The notes under the pieces were generated by a model that worked only from the letters and a program-made list of their open reading frames with translations, did no database searches and was not told the origin of the DNA. Made by a program: the position numbers and the translations under genes. This document shows positions 8,530 to 17,104 of a stretch of DNA of 32,000 nucleotides, piece by piece. Position 1 is the stretch's first letter; each line of letters begins with the position of its first letter. The stretch covers positions 1,110,001 through 1,142,000 of the forward strand of contig NC_010655.1 in assembly GCF_000020225.1 (NCBI RefSeq), given 5' to 3'. The stretch is from Akkermansia muciniphila ATCC BAA-835. Its GTDB lineage: Bacteria; Verrucomicrobiota; Verrucomicrobiia; Verrucomicrobiales; Akkermansiaceae.

Positions 8530-9645
8530 TTACGGTTTTCTGCCGTCAAGAATGGACAGCAATTTTTTCAGCCACCTGATCTTGTCCCGGCGTTTCCGGA
8601 AAATATGGCCCCGGGAGAAGAACAGTTTCCATTGCTGGCCGCGGATATGGCGCTGGAGGAGCGGGGCCAGCCCCTGGGAAATCGCATCCAGTTCCTCCCG
8701 GAACACGGGAAGCCTCTTTGCTTCCGGCCACCAGAAAAAGGAGTACAGGATCCAGTGGAACTGCCCCATGGTTCCGGGGGTGTCAGGGAGCCGCCATGGT
8801 TTTTCCGGGCCTACCATGTGCAGCAGTTTCCATGAACGCCCGCAGGATATGGTCGGAACGTTTTCAAATTCGGTTCCGCGCAGGAGCCGTGTTTTTTCTT
8901 CATCCCAGGTCCAGGACAGGAATTGGAAGTTCCATTCCGGAGGCAGCGTCGTCATGTCTCCGTGCAGGGCGATATTTAAGATGTCCTGGTCCGGATAGGG
9001 GAAGGGGTCCGGGCGGCTCCGGAGCTGTTGGAGCAGCCGGTGTTCCAGGTTGCGGCGGCGCATCTGGTCCAGATCCAGCACCAGGACGCCGGAATTGCAG
9101 TAGGAAAGGGGGAAGGAAAGGTAGTTGCCCATATATTCCAGATGGGGGTGCATCGTTCCTTTTTCAATGCTCCAGAGGGCCAGGCCGTCTCCGGCCGCCG
9201 CTACGGAAGCTCCCCGCAAATCGGAAAAATACAGTTCGGCTACGTCTCCGGCCAGCAGGACATCTGCGTCCAGATAAACGATCCTGCCGTACTGCGGGAA
9301 CAGGCTGCCGGCCATCAGGCGGGCATACGCAAGGGGGGAGTAGCGGTCCTTGTTGCCGTTTTGAAAGAGATGGCGGAATTCTTCCGGAAGTTGCAGGAAA
9401 GAAAGGGAAACCTGCGGAAAGGGGGCGGCAACCTGGTTCAGCTCCTGTATTATTCGCGCGTCCATTCCGTCGTGAACGATGTGAATGTCATAAAAGCGTC
9501 CGGAACTGGCGTGAAGGCAAAGGGTGTGAATGGCTACGCCCAGGGGCAGGCCCCAGCCGCCGGTGGCGGAAAACATGACGGGGATGCGTGATTTCTCCGG
9601 GGATGCGGGAACGGGCGGGGTTGTCATGGCATCGGGGAATTTCAT
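8530..9645 (-). CDS. Glycosyltransferase family 8 (retaining hexosyltransferase, RfaI/RfaJ-like)
   Basis: IPVMFSATGG first strand, DxD in VYLDADVLLAGDVAELY, and YCNSGVLVLDLDQMRR. These are the GT8 hallmarks. Basic C-terminal tail FRKRRDKIRWLKKLL. Confidence 0.8.
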   Translation of the reverse strand: MKFPDAMTTPPVPASPEKSRIPVMFSATGGWGLPLGVAIHTLCLHASSGRFYDIHIVHDGMDARIIQELNQVAAPFPQVSLSFLQLPEEFRHLFQNGNKDRYSPLAYARLMAGSLFPQYGRIVYLDADVLLAGDVAELYFSDLRGASVAAAGDGLALWSIEKGTMHPHLEYMGNYLSFPLSYCNSGVLVLDLDQMRRRNLEHRLLQQLRSRPDPFPYPDQDILNIALHGDMTTLPPEWNFQFLSWTWDEEKTRLLRGTEFENVPTISCGRSWKLLHMVGPEKPWRLPDTPGTMGQFHWILYSFFWWPEAKRLPVFREELDAISQGLAPLLQRHIRGQQWKLFFSRGHIFRKRRDKIRWLKKLLSILDGRKP

Positions 9646-9854
9646 GGGAAGGGTCTTGAAGAAGGGGCTGCGGGAAGGAATAGGCCGAGGAGGGAAAGAG
9701 CATGGAGGCTCCGTTCAGGCCGGAAAAGGGATGTCTGTTATTTGAAGAAGGGAGAATCTGAAGTCTTTAAATGCCGGGGCCGGGATTTTTGCGGGGGGTA
9801 ACCGTTTTTCCCCGCATGGAAAATAATTTGGCGGTTTTCGTTCATTTGTCCGTT

Positions 9855-11204
9855 TCATGGTTCGGGGCGGCTTTGCGGGTATTCCTGTTCCTTTGGCGGT
9901 TCCTGCCGGGCGGAGAGAAGGGGCAGGAGCAGTCCGGCTGTTTTCCCTGCCTGGTACGCGCGGTCCGGAGGGGAGAAATGGAAGGGATCTATATATCTGC
10001 GCCCCTGCATGAAGTCATGGTGGTCTGAAAGAACCGCGCCGGGCAGGGAAGATGCCGCCTCGCGGACAATGGCATTAAAGGCGGTGATGATTTTCTCTTT
10101 TTCTTCATTCAGCGTGCCGTCCGGCCCATCCATGATGGACGTACTGGTTGCCAGGATGAGGAAACGGCAGCGTTTGCTGAGCTGGGAGACGAATGCCATG
10201 TAATTTTTGCGGAAGTCATCCACGGAAATGGCGGAGACTTTATTGGTGACGTGGGAACCGAAGGAAACAATGACGGCTTCGTATCCGGCGGAGGGAAAAT
10301 ATCCTGCAAGAGTGGGGAGATAGTCCGGATCTCCGGGAATCAGCGTGGAGGAGAACAAATCAATGTCTTCCTGAAGTTCTGAGGCAAGGGGCCGCCACAA
10401 ATGCCGCATGACGGAACCGCCAATGAGCAGTATGCGCGCCTGCCCTTTTTCTGAATGAATGGCCGTAATCCAGTCGGTTTCCTCACGGTAATGGGGAGGG
10501 GCCGCCAATGTCCTCCATCGGGCAAGCATGCGTTCTTTCCGGCGTTTTCTTCTTTTCTCCAGCAGGCGGTGTATTTTCCCGGAACGCCTTCTCACCCACG
10601 TTTGGCCGAAAGGCAGCCGGTGGAGGACCTGTTTCCCCAGATTCCGGTAAGCTTCCGGGAAATCTTCTTCCCCGGAGCCGGGCAGGGGGCGGTATTGCAG
10701 CATATCGCCGCAAAAGTCAATGAATGGAAGGTTCAGCTTGCCTGCCAGCGTGCGAAGAAGGGCGTTCCAGGCTTCAAGGACGCCCGGTTCTTCCGCGTAG
10801 GGGTGCCGGGCGCTGCCGTAGTCGGAGGGCGGGGATGACAGGAGGATCAGGCGGCGCGTCTGTTTCCGCAGAAAGGCGAAAAGCCTGCAAAGCATATCTT
10901 CGGCGCTTTCCGTGGGCCCGCCCCCTTCTGGGGGCTTTTCCATGAGCCTGCCGTTGGCCGGGGAAAGATGCAGGGGCGGCCACATGAAAAGAATGATGCT
11001 GTAGCGGGCGCCGGAAAGGCTGTGCTCCATTTGCCGCCACAGGCGGGGATGGTTGAGCGGGAAATTGAAGATGAGCGTGTCGGCGGCCAGTCGGGACGAT
11101 TTCAGATGGCCATGGTTTTTTGCCAGAGCGGAACTGCCGATCACCAGCATTCTGTCATTGCCGGGCAGGAGGTGGTCGTGTTGCTGGTAGGAATAGATGA
11201 ACAC
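9855..11204 (-). CDS. Tandem SGNH/GDSL-like hydrolase-fold protein (candidate glycan O-acetyl esterase or transferase)
   Basis: The C-terminal half has block I ILLIGGSVM, block III-like VIVSFGSHV and block V YIDPFHFSPPDRAYQAGK (DxxH). The N-terminal half repeats the pattern (MLVIGSSAL ... EDFPEAYRNLGK) but lacks the His. The halves are joined by a very basic linker, EKRRKRRKERMLARWR. The start is uncertain: GTG at 11204 lies 14 nt after the upstream stop, ATG at 11150 is the alternative, and the ORF-track start at 11375 overlaps the upstream GT2. Confidence 0.55.
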   Translation of the reverse strand: MFIYSYQQHDHLLPGNDRMLVIGSSALAKNHGHLKSSRLAADTLIFNFPLNHPRLWRQMEHSLSGARYSIILFMWPPLHLSPANGRLMEKPPEGGGPTESAEDMLCRLFAFLRKQTRRLILLSSPPSDYGSARHPYAEEPGVLEAWNALLRTLAGKLNLPFIDFCGDMLQYRPLPGSGEEDFPEAYRNLGKQVLHRLPFGQTWVRRRSGKIHRLLEKRRKRRKERMLARWRTLAAPPHYREETDWITAIHSEKGQARILLIGGSVMRHLWRPLASELQEDIDLFSSTLIPGDPDYLPTLAGYFPSAGYEAVIVSFGSHVTNKVSAISVDDFRKNYMAFVSQLSKRCRFLILATSTSIMDGPDGTLNEEKEKIITAFNAIVREAASSLPGAVLSDHHDFMQGRRYIDPFHFSPPDRAYQAGKTAGLLLPLLSARQEPPKEQEYPQSRPEP

Positions 11205-11218
11205 GGGAAAAACAGCAG

Positions 11219-12349
11219 TTACAGGGATGATCGGGGGAGCTTCTTTGCAGAATAAAGAGTGTATCCGAGGATTTGGAGCGTGTCTATTCCGTTTTTGGAA
11301 AACCTCAGCCGAAACATTTTCCTTCTGGCGGTCTTGAACTTCCAGAAGCATTGAAGGAGGCGCAGGTAAATCCACCGTCCGGCCAGGGCGGCCTCAAGAT
11401 AAGCCCTCTGTTCCCTGGGCATCCCGCAAACGTGTTCGGAAGTGATGTCCGCCTCCCGCCAGAGTTCCGCCCAATGCCTGAGCCGCCCGGCCGGCATTTC
11501 ATTGTCCGGAAAAAGCAGGGGGACAATATAATTCATGTAGGCCGTGCGGTTGCTGCCCAGAACCCCTTCCCGGAGTTTTTCCCTGGTGAGCATCTCGAAT
11601 ACGGCGTAATAACTTGCGGGCCGGGTTTCCGCTTTCCGGTTGCGAGAAGAAACGGATTGGGGACCGCCCAGCCCGTAGTGGTAGAGTTTTTCAGAGGTGA
11701 GGGCGACGCTGCGGCAGCGGGCGATGGCCCGGGAAACGTAAAGGGTGTCTTCTCCGCTGGTGAAGGAAGAAGGCAGGCGGACTTCCAGGGGGGCGGAACA
11801 GCCGGGGAGTATCCGCCTGAACAATTTGCTCCAGACGACGCCGGTGATCCTGTCTTCCAGAAAGAGCCTGAATATTTCTCCTTTCTCCGTAAAGACGCCG
11901 TCGCAGGCGGTGTTTTCAATATGAAGGAGTTTTTCCTCAGCCATTCCGCGCGATTCTCCGCTTTCAGCCGGAAGGAAGGGGGAATAGGAACATTGGACCA
12001 TGTCCGCCCCGCTTTCTTCCGCGAGCCGGTAGAGCCGTTCGTACATGTCCGGCTCAACGTAGTCATCCGGATCCGCAAAACCCAGGTAAGGCGCCGCGGC
12101 TGCCCTGATTCCCGCGTTACGGGCTTCCGCCCTGCCGGAATTTTCCTGTGTAATCAGGCGGAAACGACTGTCTCCGGAAGCATATTTCCGGACGATGCCT
12201 CCGGACCCGTCGGTTGAACCGTCGTCCACGCAGATGATTTCCAGGTCGCGGAGGGTTTGTGCCGCCAGGCTGTCCAGACAGCGCGGAAGAAGAGGCTCCA
12301 TGTTGTAGATGGGGACGATGACGGAAATGAGGGGTGAGGGGAGAGGCAT
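11219..12349 (-). CDS. Glycosyltransferase family 2
   Basis: ISVIVPIYNMEPLLPRCLDSLAAQTL, ICVDDGSTDGS and DxD-type FADPDDYVE. I prefer the start ATG at 12349. ATG 12388 would overlap the upstream gene by 16 nt. Confidence 0.85.
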   Translation of the reverse strand: MPLPSPLISVIVPIYNMEPLLPRCLDSLAAQTLRDLEIICVDDGSTDGSGGIVRKYASGDSRFRLITQENSGRAEARNAGIRAAAAPYLGFADPDDYVEPDMYERLYRLAEESGADMVQCSYSPFLPAESGESRGMAEEKLLHIENTACDGVFTEKGEIFRLFLEDRITGVVWSKLFRRILPGCSAPLEVRLPSSFTSGEDTLYVSRAIARCRSVALTSEKLYHYGLGGPQSVSSRNRKAETRPASYYAVFEMLTREKLREGVLGSNRTAYMNYIVPLLFPDNEMPAGRLRHWAELWREADITSEHVCGMPREQRAYLEAALAGRWIYLRLLQCFWKFKTARRKMFRLRFSKNGIDTLQILGYTLYSAKKLPRSSL

Positions 12350-12372
12350 GGTCTGCTGTATAGGAAACGGGG

Positions 12373-13269
12373 TTATATCCGGAGCCATGAGCCGGGGATG
12401 AGCGCGTCATCCGTATGGTACCGGTCGCCTTCCTCCCTGTTGAACCAGATGCGCGGCGCGATGACGATTTTCTCCGCGTGTTCGTTGAGCCAGGCCGCCC
12501 ACCAGGAGAAAGTGCTGTTGGCGATGATGTGGTGGCGGCAGTTTCGCATCAGTTCCAGATCGAAGTAGCCGGTGCCGCCGTCATTGATATCCACATGGAC
12601 ATGGGGCAGGGCGGGCCTCAGGTTTTGCCGGGCCCATTCTATGTCGTCCGAAAAGATGAAGTAACGCAGGGATTCCTGCGGAGCGCCTGCCGCCCGCAGC
12701 CTTCCTTCCATTTCAGCCATGCTCCGGAGGTAGTATTCCAGAGGCGGCGGAGAAAGGTAAGGGTTGGAGAGGTAATCCGTTCTGCGGATGTGCAGGGAAA
12801 TGGAGCAGCATGAACGGATATCTTCAAGAATGCGGGCGTTTTCCGGAGTCAGGGGAGTTTTCAGACGGAATTCCCTGCAAAGCTGTTCCCGGCAGTGGAG
12901 GAAGTATTGTTCCGTCTGAAAATATCCCTTGAAATAGGTATGGCGGCGGGGAGGAGCTGCGAGACCGGGATCGAACCCGTGCCGTTTTTCCTCCCGGAAA
13001 TGAGGATATTTGGGAGCGGCGAACAGGGAACGCAGGCAGGCGGGAATACGGGACTTGCGGAAAGCCCAGGGGGGAGGGCCTCCTTCAATGGGAAGGGAAA
13101 CCCGGAAGTGATGGAGTTCGCAGACCCTCTTATCATCATGTTCATATGATGAGGTTTCCAGTCTTGCTTTTCCCCCTTGCCGGGAGAGCGCGAAGAGGAA
13201 GGCGTATTGGAACAGCTGGTTTCCCAGCCCTCCGAAAAGACGCATGACTATTATTTTTCCTTTTGCCAT
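12373..13269 (-). CDS. Alpha-1,2-fucosyltransferase, glycosyltransferase family 11
   Basis: Four GT11 blocks are present: FGGLGNQLFQYAF, SLHIRRTDYL (HxRRxD), YFIFSDDIEWA and IIANSTFSWWAAWLN. I chose the start ATG at 13269 (MAKGKIIVMRLFGG), 19 nt after the upstream stop. The ORF-track start at 13356 overlaps the upstream gene. Confidence 0.88.
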   Translation of the reverse strand: MAKGKIIVMRLFGGLGNQLFQYAFLFALSRQGGKARLETSSYEHDDKRVCELHHFRVSLPIEGGPPPWAFRKSRIPACLRSLFAAPKYPHFREEKRHGFDPGLAAPPRRHTYFKGYFQTEQYFLHCREQLCREFRLKTPLTPENARILEDIRSCCSISLHIRRTDYLSNPYLSPPPLEYYLRSMAEMEGRLRAAGAPQESLRYFIFSDDIEWARQNLRPALPHVHVDINDGGTGYFDLELMRNCRHHIIANSTFSWWAAWLNEHAEKIVIAPRIWFNREEGDRYHTDDALIPGSWLRI

Positions 13270-13288
13270 GTTCAAGCAGGGGAAGGGG

Positions 13289-14344
13289 TTAAAACGTGAT
13301 ATTCCTGCGTATTTCCTCCAGCTGTTCGCGTACTTGCCGCAGCTGTGCCCTGCCATTCCTCCTCCATGAGGGGACAGGGCAGAAATGGAGGAGCTTCCGG
13401 CGGATTCCGGTGTTTTTGCCGGCCCTCCGGAGCCTTCTTCCGAAGTCTGAAAAGCCGGAGGATTGCAACAACAGGCGGAAAGGAAGATGCAGGGAGGCCC
13501 TCCGGCACTCGGCGGCCGTGCAATGGGCGTTCAGGAAGTCCCGGATGATGCTGTAAAGTATTTCCTGCTCCGGCGGGGAGAAAGGCATGCCAAGCAGCCT
13601 CAGTTCAAATGGTTCATGCTCAATAAAGCGGACGAGATGGCCGGCTTTTCTTTTCCAGAGATGGCGTTGTTCATAAAACTCTTCAATCAGGGAAAGCCAC
13701 CGGGGGATCATGGGCAGGATGTCGGCGGTTCTTTTCCGTATCTGGTGGTGGTTGCCCTGTTCATGCTGGCGGTAATGGTAAACGGCCTCCGGACAGAAGG
13801 AAATTTTTTCTGTCAGCGCGAGCACGAAATGCGAGAAGAGGCCGTCCTCACAGGGGTGAATGCCTTCCGGGAATTCCAGATTGTTTTTCAAGGGGAACTC
13901 CCGGCGCAGAAATATGCCGCAGGTGGGGAGGGCGGGGATTTTGTCCAGCGGAAACCTGTCGCAGAACAGCTTTCCCGCTACGGTCAAATCGCTTGCTCCG
14001 CGGTCCGAGGCGTCCAGAAGATGTTTGAGAAAGGCCGCGTCGATGAAATCGTCACCGTCAACAAAACACAAATAGCGCCCGGAAGCGTGCCGCATGCCCA
14101 GATTGCGGGCGGAGGAAACGCCCCTGTTTTCCTGTTCGAGGCAGAGGATTCTTGAGTCCTCCTCTGAAAAGCGCCGGGCGATTTCCCCTGACGAGTCGGA
14201 GGACCCGTCGTTGACGATGATGCATTCCCACTCCGCAAGGGTTTGCCGGCGGATGCTGCTGATGCACTCTTCAAGATATTGTTCCTGATTGTAAACGGGA
14301 ACGATGACGGAAACCTGGGGCTGTGGCGGGCGGGTTCGGGTCAT
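13289..14344 (-). CDS. Glycosyltransferase family 2
   Basis: VSVIVPVYNQEQYLEECISSIRRQTL, IIVNDGSSDSS and FVDGDDFID. The start ATG at 14344 forms an ATGA overlap with the stop of the upstream GT-B gene (14341-14343). Confidence 0.87.
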   Translation of the reverse strand: MTRTRPPQPQVSVIVPVYNQEQYLEECISSIRRQTLAEWECIIVNDGSSDSSGEIARRFSEEDSRILCLEQENRGVSSARNLGMRHASGRYLCFVDGDDFIDAAFLKHLLDASDRGASDLTVAGKLFCDRFPLDKIPALPTCGIFLRREFPLKNNLEFPEGIHPCEDGLFSHFVLALTEKISFCPEAVYHYRQHEQGNHHQIRKRTADILPMIPRWLSLIEEFYEQRHLWKRKAGHLVRFIEHEPFELRLLGMPFSPPEQEILYSIIRDFLNAHCTAAECRRASLHLPFRLLLQSSGFSDFGRRLRRAGKNTGIRRKLLHFCPVPSWRRNGRAQLRQVREQLEEIRRNITF

Positions 14345-15549
14345 GAGCGGGCCTGTTGAGGTTCGGAGGGGGAGCATGCGGCAAGGGCCCGCTCCAGATT
14401 GGAACGGGATTCCCCGTCAATATCCCTGCCCAGTTGGAGAAGCGCCTGCTGCATTCCTGCGTATTCCTCTTCCGTTTGCCTGATGGCGCGGAGCATGGCG
14501 CCGCCAAGCGTTTCTTCCCTGTAAAGGAGTGCGTTCCTGTCGTTGAAGCCGTAGAAGGAAGCGAATTTCTCATGGATGACCGGGATTTTCGCGAATCCGT
14601 AAACAAGCTGGGCGGAACCGGTGACGCCGGTGGTAATGTAGCGGTTATGCGCCGGATTGCCGGGATCAAGCAGGGGCAGGAAATAGTCCGCCCGCCTCAT
14701 GGCCTCGTACATGGCGGGGAAGTCGAGCTTTCCGGCCACATGCAGGAAGGGGCGCAGATGGCCGGGGATTTTTCCCAGCTCTCCTTCCCCCACGATGATG
14801 ACGGAAAAGTTCCTGTACCCTTCATTGCAGACGGTTTCCAGCGCCTCAACCAGGAGTTCGTGGTTTTTCCGCTGTGCGGAGAGGGACCCTACGGTGATGA
14901 ACACGGGTTCGCGGTTCCGGGGCGCAGGCGGGATTTCCCCGAAAAAGTGCGGATTAACCATCATGCCCCTGGGAAAGGAGCCCAGCGTCAGCAGCCGTCC
15001 CTGGCGGTCAAGTTCTTCTTCCCCGAACCGGGGGATGTCCTTTAATTCATGTTCGACGGCCAGAAGATTGGCGAATTTGTCAAGCCCCGTCATGTGAAGG
15101 AAACTTGCCCAACCCGGAATGTCATAAAAGGCGGATGTTGATACCAGGATGGCTTCGTACCGGGTGAGGACGCGCGCTTTGGCCAGGCGCTTCCATGAAG
15201 TGCACATGGCCGTGAAAATATGGATATCGCCTTCCTTGAAACAACACAGGGGGGATTGCCTGGCCAGGCTGTGATGCATCAGGACATCAACGCGGTATCC
15301 CATGTCGAGCAGGTGGCGGCAGAAACCGGGGATGACTTCCCCGTGGCAATAGTTGGGTTCCAGAATAAGGATGGTACGGCCGGCCACTGGATGCCTGCGC
15401 CATGCGCGCATGCTTCGGCGGGCGTCCCGGTCATAGTCGGACAGAAAATCGCGCAGGAAAGTGCGCCATTTTTTACGCAGGTTCCGAAACGGAATACACA
15501 TGGTCAGCAATCGGAGCATGACTGTCTGCGTATGTGTCATTGGTTTCAT
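14341..15549 (-). CDS. GT-B fold glycosyltransferase (GT4/GT1-like, divergent)
   Basis: The C-terminal domain pattern PVFITVGSLSAQRKNHELLVEAL...VIIVGEGELG...AGKLDFPAMYEAMRRADYFLPLL is typical of GT4-type enzymes. The expected EX7E region reads TTGVTGSAQLVYGFAKIPVI. The N-terminus carries a basic CIPFRNLRKKWRTFLRDFL segment. Confidence 0.6.
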   Translation of the reverse strand: MKPMTHTQTVMLRLLTMCIPFRNLRKKWRTFLRDFLSDYDRDARRSMRAWRRHPVAGRTILILEPNYCHGEVIPGFCRHLLDMGYRVDVLMHHSLARQSPLCCFKEGDIHIFTAMCTSWKRLAKARVLTRYEAILVSTSAFYDIPGWASFLHMTGLDKFANLLAVEHELKDIPRFGEEELDRQGRLLTLGSFPRGMMVNPHFFGEIPPAPRNREPVFITVGSLSAQRKNHELLVEALETVCNEGYRNFSVIIVGEGELGKIPGHLRPFLHVAGKLDFPAMYEAMRRADYFLPLLDPGNPAHNRYITTGVTGSAQLVYGFAKIPVIHEKFASFYGFNDRNALLYREETLGGAMLRAIRQTEEEYAGMQQALLQLGRDIDGESRSNLERALAACSPSEPQQARS

Positions 15550-15946
15550 GGTGAAAAATTGCAGGAAATATAATGAATATCGCCTGACGCGGATGATGAA
15601 TGGCCCTTGTTACCGTTCCGGGCGGTTTTTCCCCCGCCGGGTAAAAAAGAATACGTTGTGTGACGAGGGCTGAATACTTAATAAATTCATACTGAAAAGC
15701 AATATCAAAAAAACTCCTTGGCGCATGATGCCGGAGTATTCCTGACGGTTTGAATTTTCCGCCGTATTGCAGCCGTACCACAGCCCTCCGTTTCCGTTAT
15801 TCCCGGGAACTTCCTTCGGGAGGCAGCCTTTGCATTTCTTTTCGGAAATAGTTTCCCTCTTCCGGGTGTTCCGTTTTTCAACAGATGGCGTTGCTGTTTT
15901 TTCTTGATGTGAATTTTCAATCCGGATAAAAAAGGATGCTTCCGCC

Positions 15947-17023
15947 ATGAGCGTATCCGTTTCCATCATTGTTCCCTGTTATAATGTTGCCGCTTATTTG
16001 GACCAGTGTATGGAAAGCCTGGCCGGCCAGAGCATGGAAGATATCGAAATCATTTGCGTCAATGACGGTTCTTCCGACCGTACGGCGGAGATATTGCGCG
16101 AATGGCGGGACAGGGACGGCCGCGTCCGGGTAATTGACCGGAAAAACAGCGGTGTTTCCGCGGCGAGGAACAGCGGCATGGAAGCGGCTGCGGGAAAGTA
16201 TATCGGCTTTGTGGACCCGGACGACGTGGTGGAGCGGAATATGTTCCGGCGCCTGTTTGATGCGGCCGTGGAAAAAGATGCGGACGTAGCGGTGTGCGGA
16301 TACCATGAGTTCTGCGACCGCGGAGGCATGGATATGCCTGAAAGCGGCTGGTCGCCGTCAGCCGGGTTTTTCCCGGAAGAAAAAGCGGAGCGGTTCCGGC
16401 GGGGGACGCCCTGGAGCCGGTGCGCGGGAACGGTGTGGAATAAGCTGATCCGCAGGGAGCTGCTGGAAGAAAACGGTGTGCGTTTCGTTCCCGGATTGCG
16501 CCAGGGGGAGGATTTGTATTTCTGTCTGATGCTGTTGACTGTTGCTCCGCGGCTCCTGATCCTTCCCGACCGTTTGTACCATTACCGGAGGGAACGCCCC
16601 GGTTCCGCCTCCTGCGGGCGGGATCCCCGCCTGGGGGATTTCCGCATGGATTTGATGGGCATGGAATCTCTGGCGCGTTTCTGGGGGGAGCGGGGGCTCC
16701 TTGATTCTCCCGCCGCCTTCGGTCTGGTGGACTACTGCATGGAGTTGATGCGCAGGCATTTCATCATGAAAGAGGGAGCTTTTTTCAAAGCGTCTCCGGA
16801 AGACCGGGAAGTTCTGCTTTCCGGCTGGAAAAAGTGGCTGGAGCTGGTGGGCGCGGAGAACGTCCTTCCCCGTCTGGACCGGTGGGACCGGGCTTTTTGC
16901 CGCCTTCTGCTGGATTGCCCCCTGCGGAGCAATTTTTTCTCTGCCCTGCATTCCCGCCTGATGTCGTCCCGCAAGGGGCGCCGGGGGGCTTACTATACCC
17001 TGAAAAGGCACCTGATGAAGTGA
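15947..17023 (+). CDS. Glycosyltransferase family 2 (divergent from the minus-strand glycosyltransferase operon)
   Basis: VSIIVPCYNVAAYLDQCMESLAGQSM, ICVNDGSSDRT and FVDPDDVVE. Basic C-terminal tail SSRKGRRGAYYTLKRHLMK. Confidence 0.87.
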   Translation: MSVSVSIIVPCYNVAAYLDQCMESLAGQSMEDIEIICVNDGSSDRTAEILREWRDRDGRVRVIDRKNSGVSAARNSGMEAAAGKYIGFVDPDDVVERNMFRRLFDAAVEKDADVAVCGYHEFCDRGGMDMPESGWSPSAGFFPEEKAERFRRGTPWSRCAGTVWNKLIRRELLEENGVRFVPGLRQGEDLYFCLMLLTVAPRLLILPDRLYHYRRERPGSASCGRDPRLGDFRMDLMGMESLARFWGERGLLDSPAAFGLVDYCMELMRRHFIMKEGAFFKASPEDREVLLSGWKKWLELVGAENVLPRLDRWDRAFCRLLLDCPLRSNFFSALHSRLMSSRKGRRGAYYTLKRHLMK

Positions 17024-17048
17024 AAAGGGGAAATTTTCTCCCCCCTTT
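17024..17048. terminator. Possible bidirectional terminator between the convergent GT2 and DJ-1 genes
   Basis: AAAGGGG (17024-17030) pairs with CCCCTTT (17042-17048) around an 11-nt loop. The A-run and T-run arms allow function in either direction. The stem is short (7 bp). Confidence 0.3.
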
Positions 17049-17104
17049 CCCTGCTGTTCCGGCGCCGCATGGGGCTGCGGAAAGGCGGAATGCCTGCCGG
17101 CATC

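Noticed and set aside
9791-9815. GCGGGG / CCCCGC 6-bp stem with a 13-nt loop, downstream of the SGNH gene.
   Set aside because: On the transcribed (minus) strand it is followed by an A-run rather than a T-run. It may help separate the SGNH and GT8 transcripts, but the evidence is too weak to list as a feature.
12961-12983. tRNA T-arm-like sequence. On the minus strand it reads GGCACGGGTTCGATCCCGGTCTC and contains GGTTCGATCC.
   Set aside because: It lies in frame inside the GT11 fucosyltransferase gene, where it encodes HGFDPGL. The putative T-stem has only 4 clean pairs, and I could not build an acceptor, D or anticodon arm around it. I treat it as a coincidental match.
15618-15641. Hairpin-like CCGGGCGG TTTTT CCCCCGCCGGG followed by an A-run.
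   Set aside because: The pairing is imperfect (a 5-bp core plus a mismatch). No gene ends nearby on either strand. There is no U-tract in the right position on either strand. It is not a terminator and its function is unclear.
15550-15946. Small ORFs in the divergent glycosyltransferase promoter region: 15610-15969(-) 119 aa, 15705-15920(-) 71 aa and 15461-15673(+) 70 aa.
   Set aside because: They overlap each other or the flanking GT start codons. Their composition is basic and low-complexity with no motifs. The region is AT-richer, as expected for a shared promoter. There is no support for coding.
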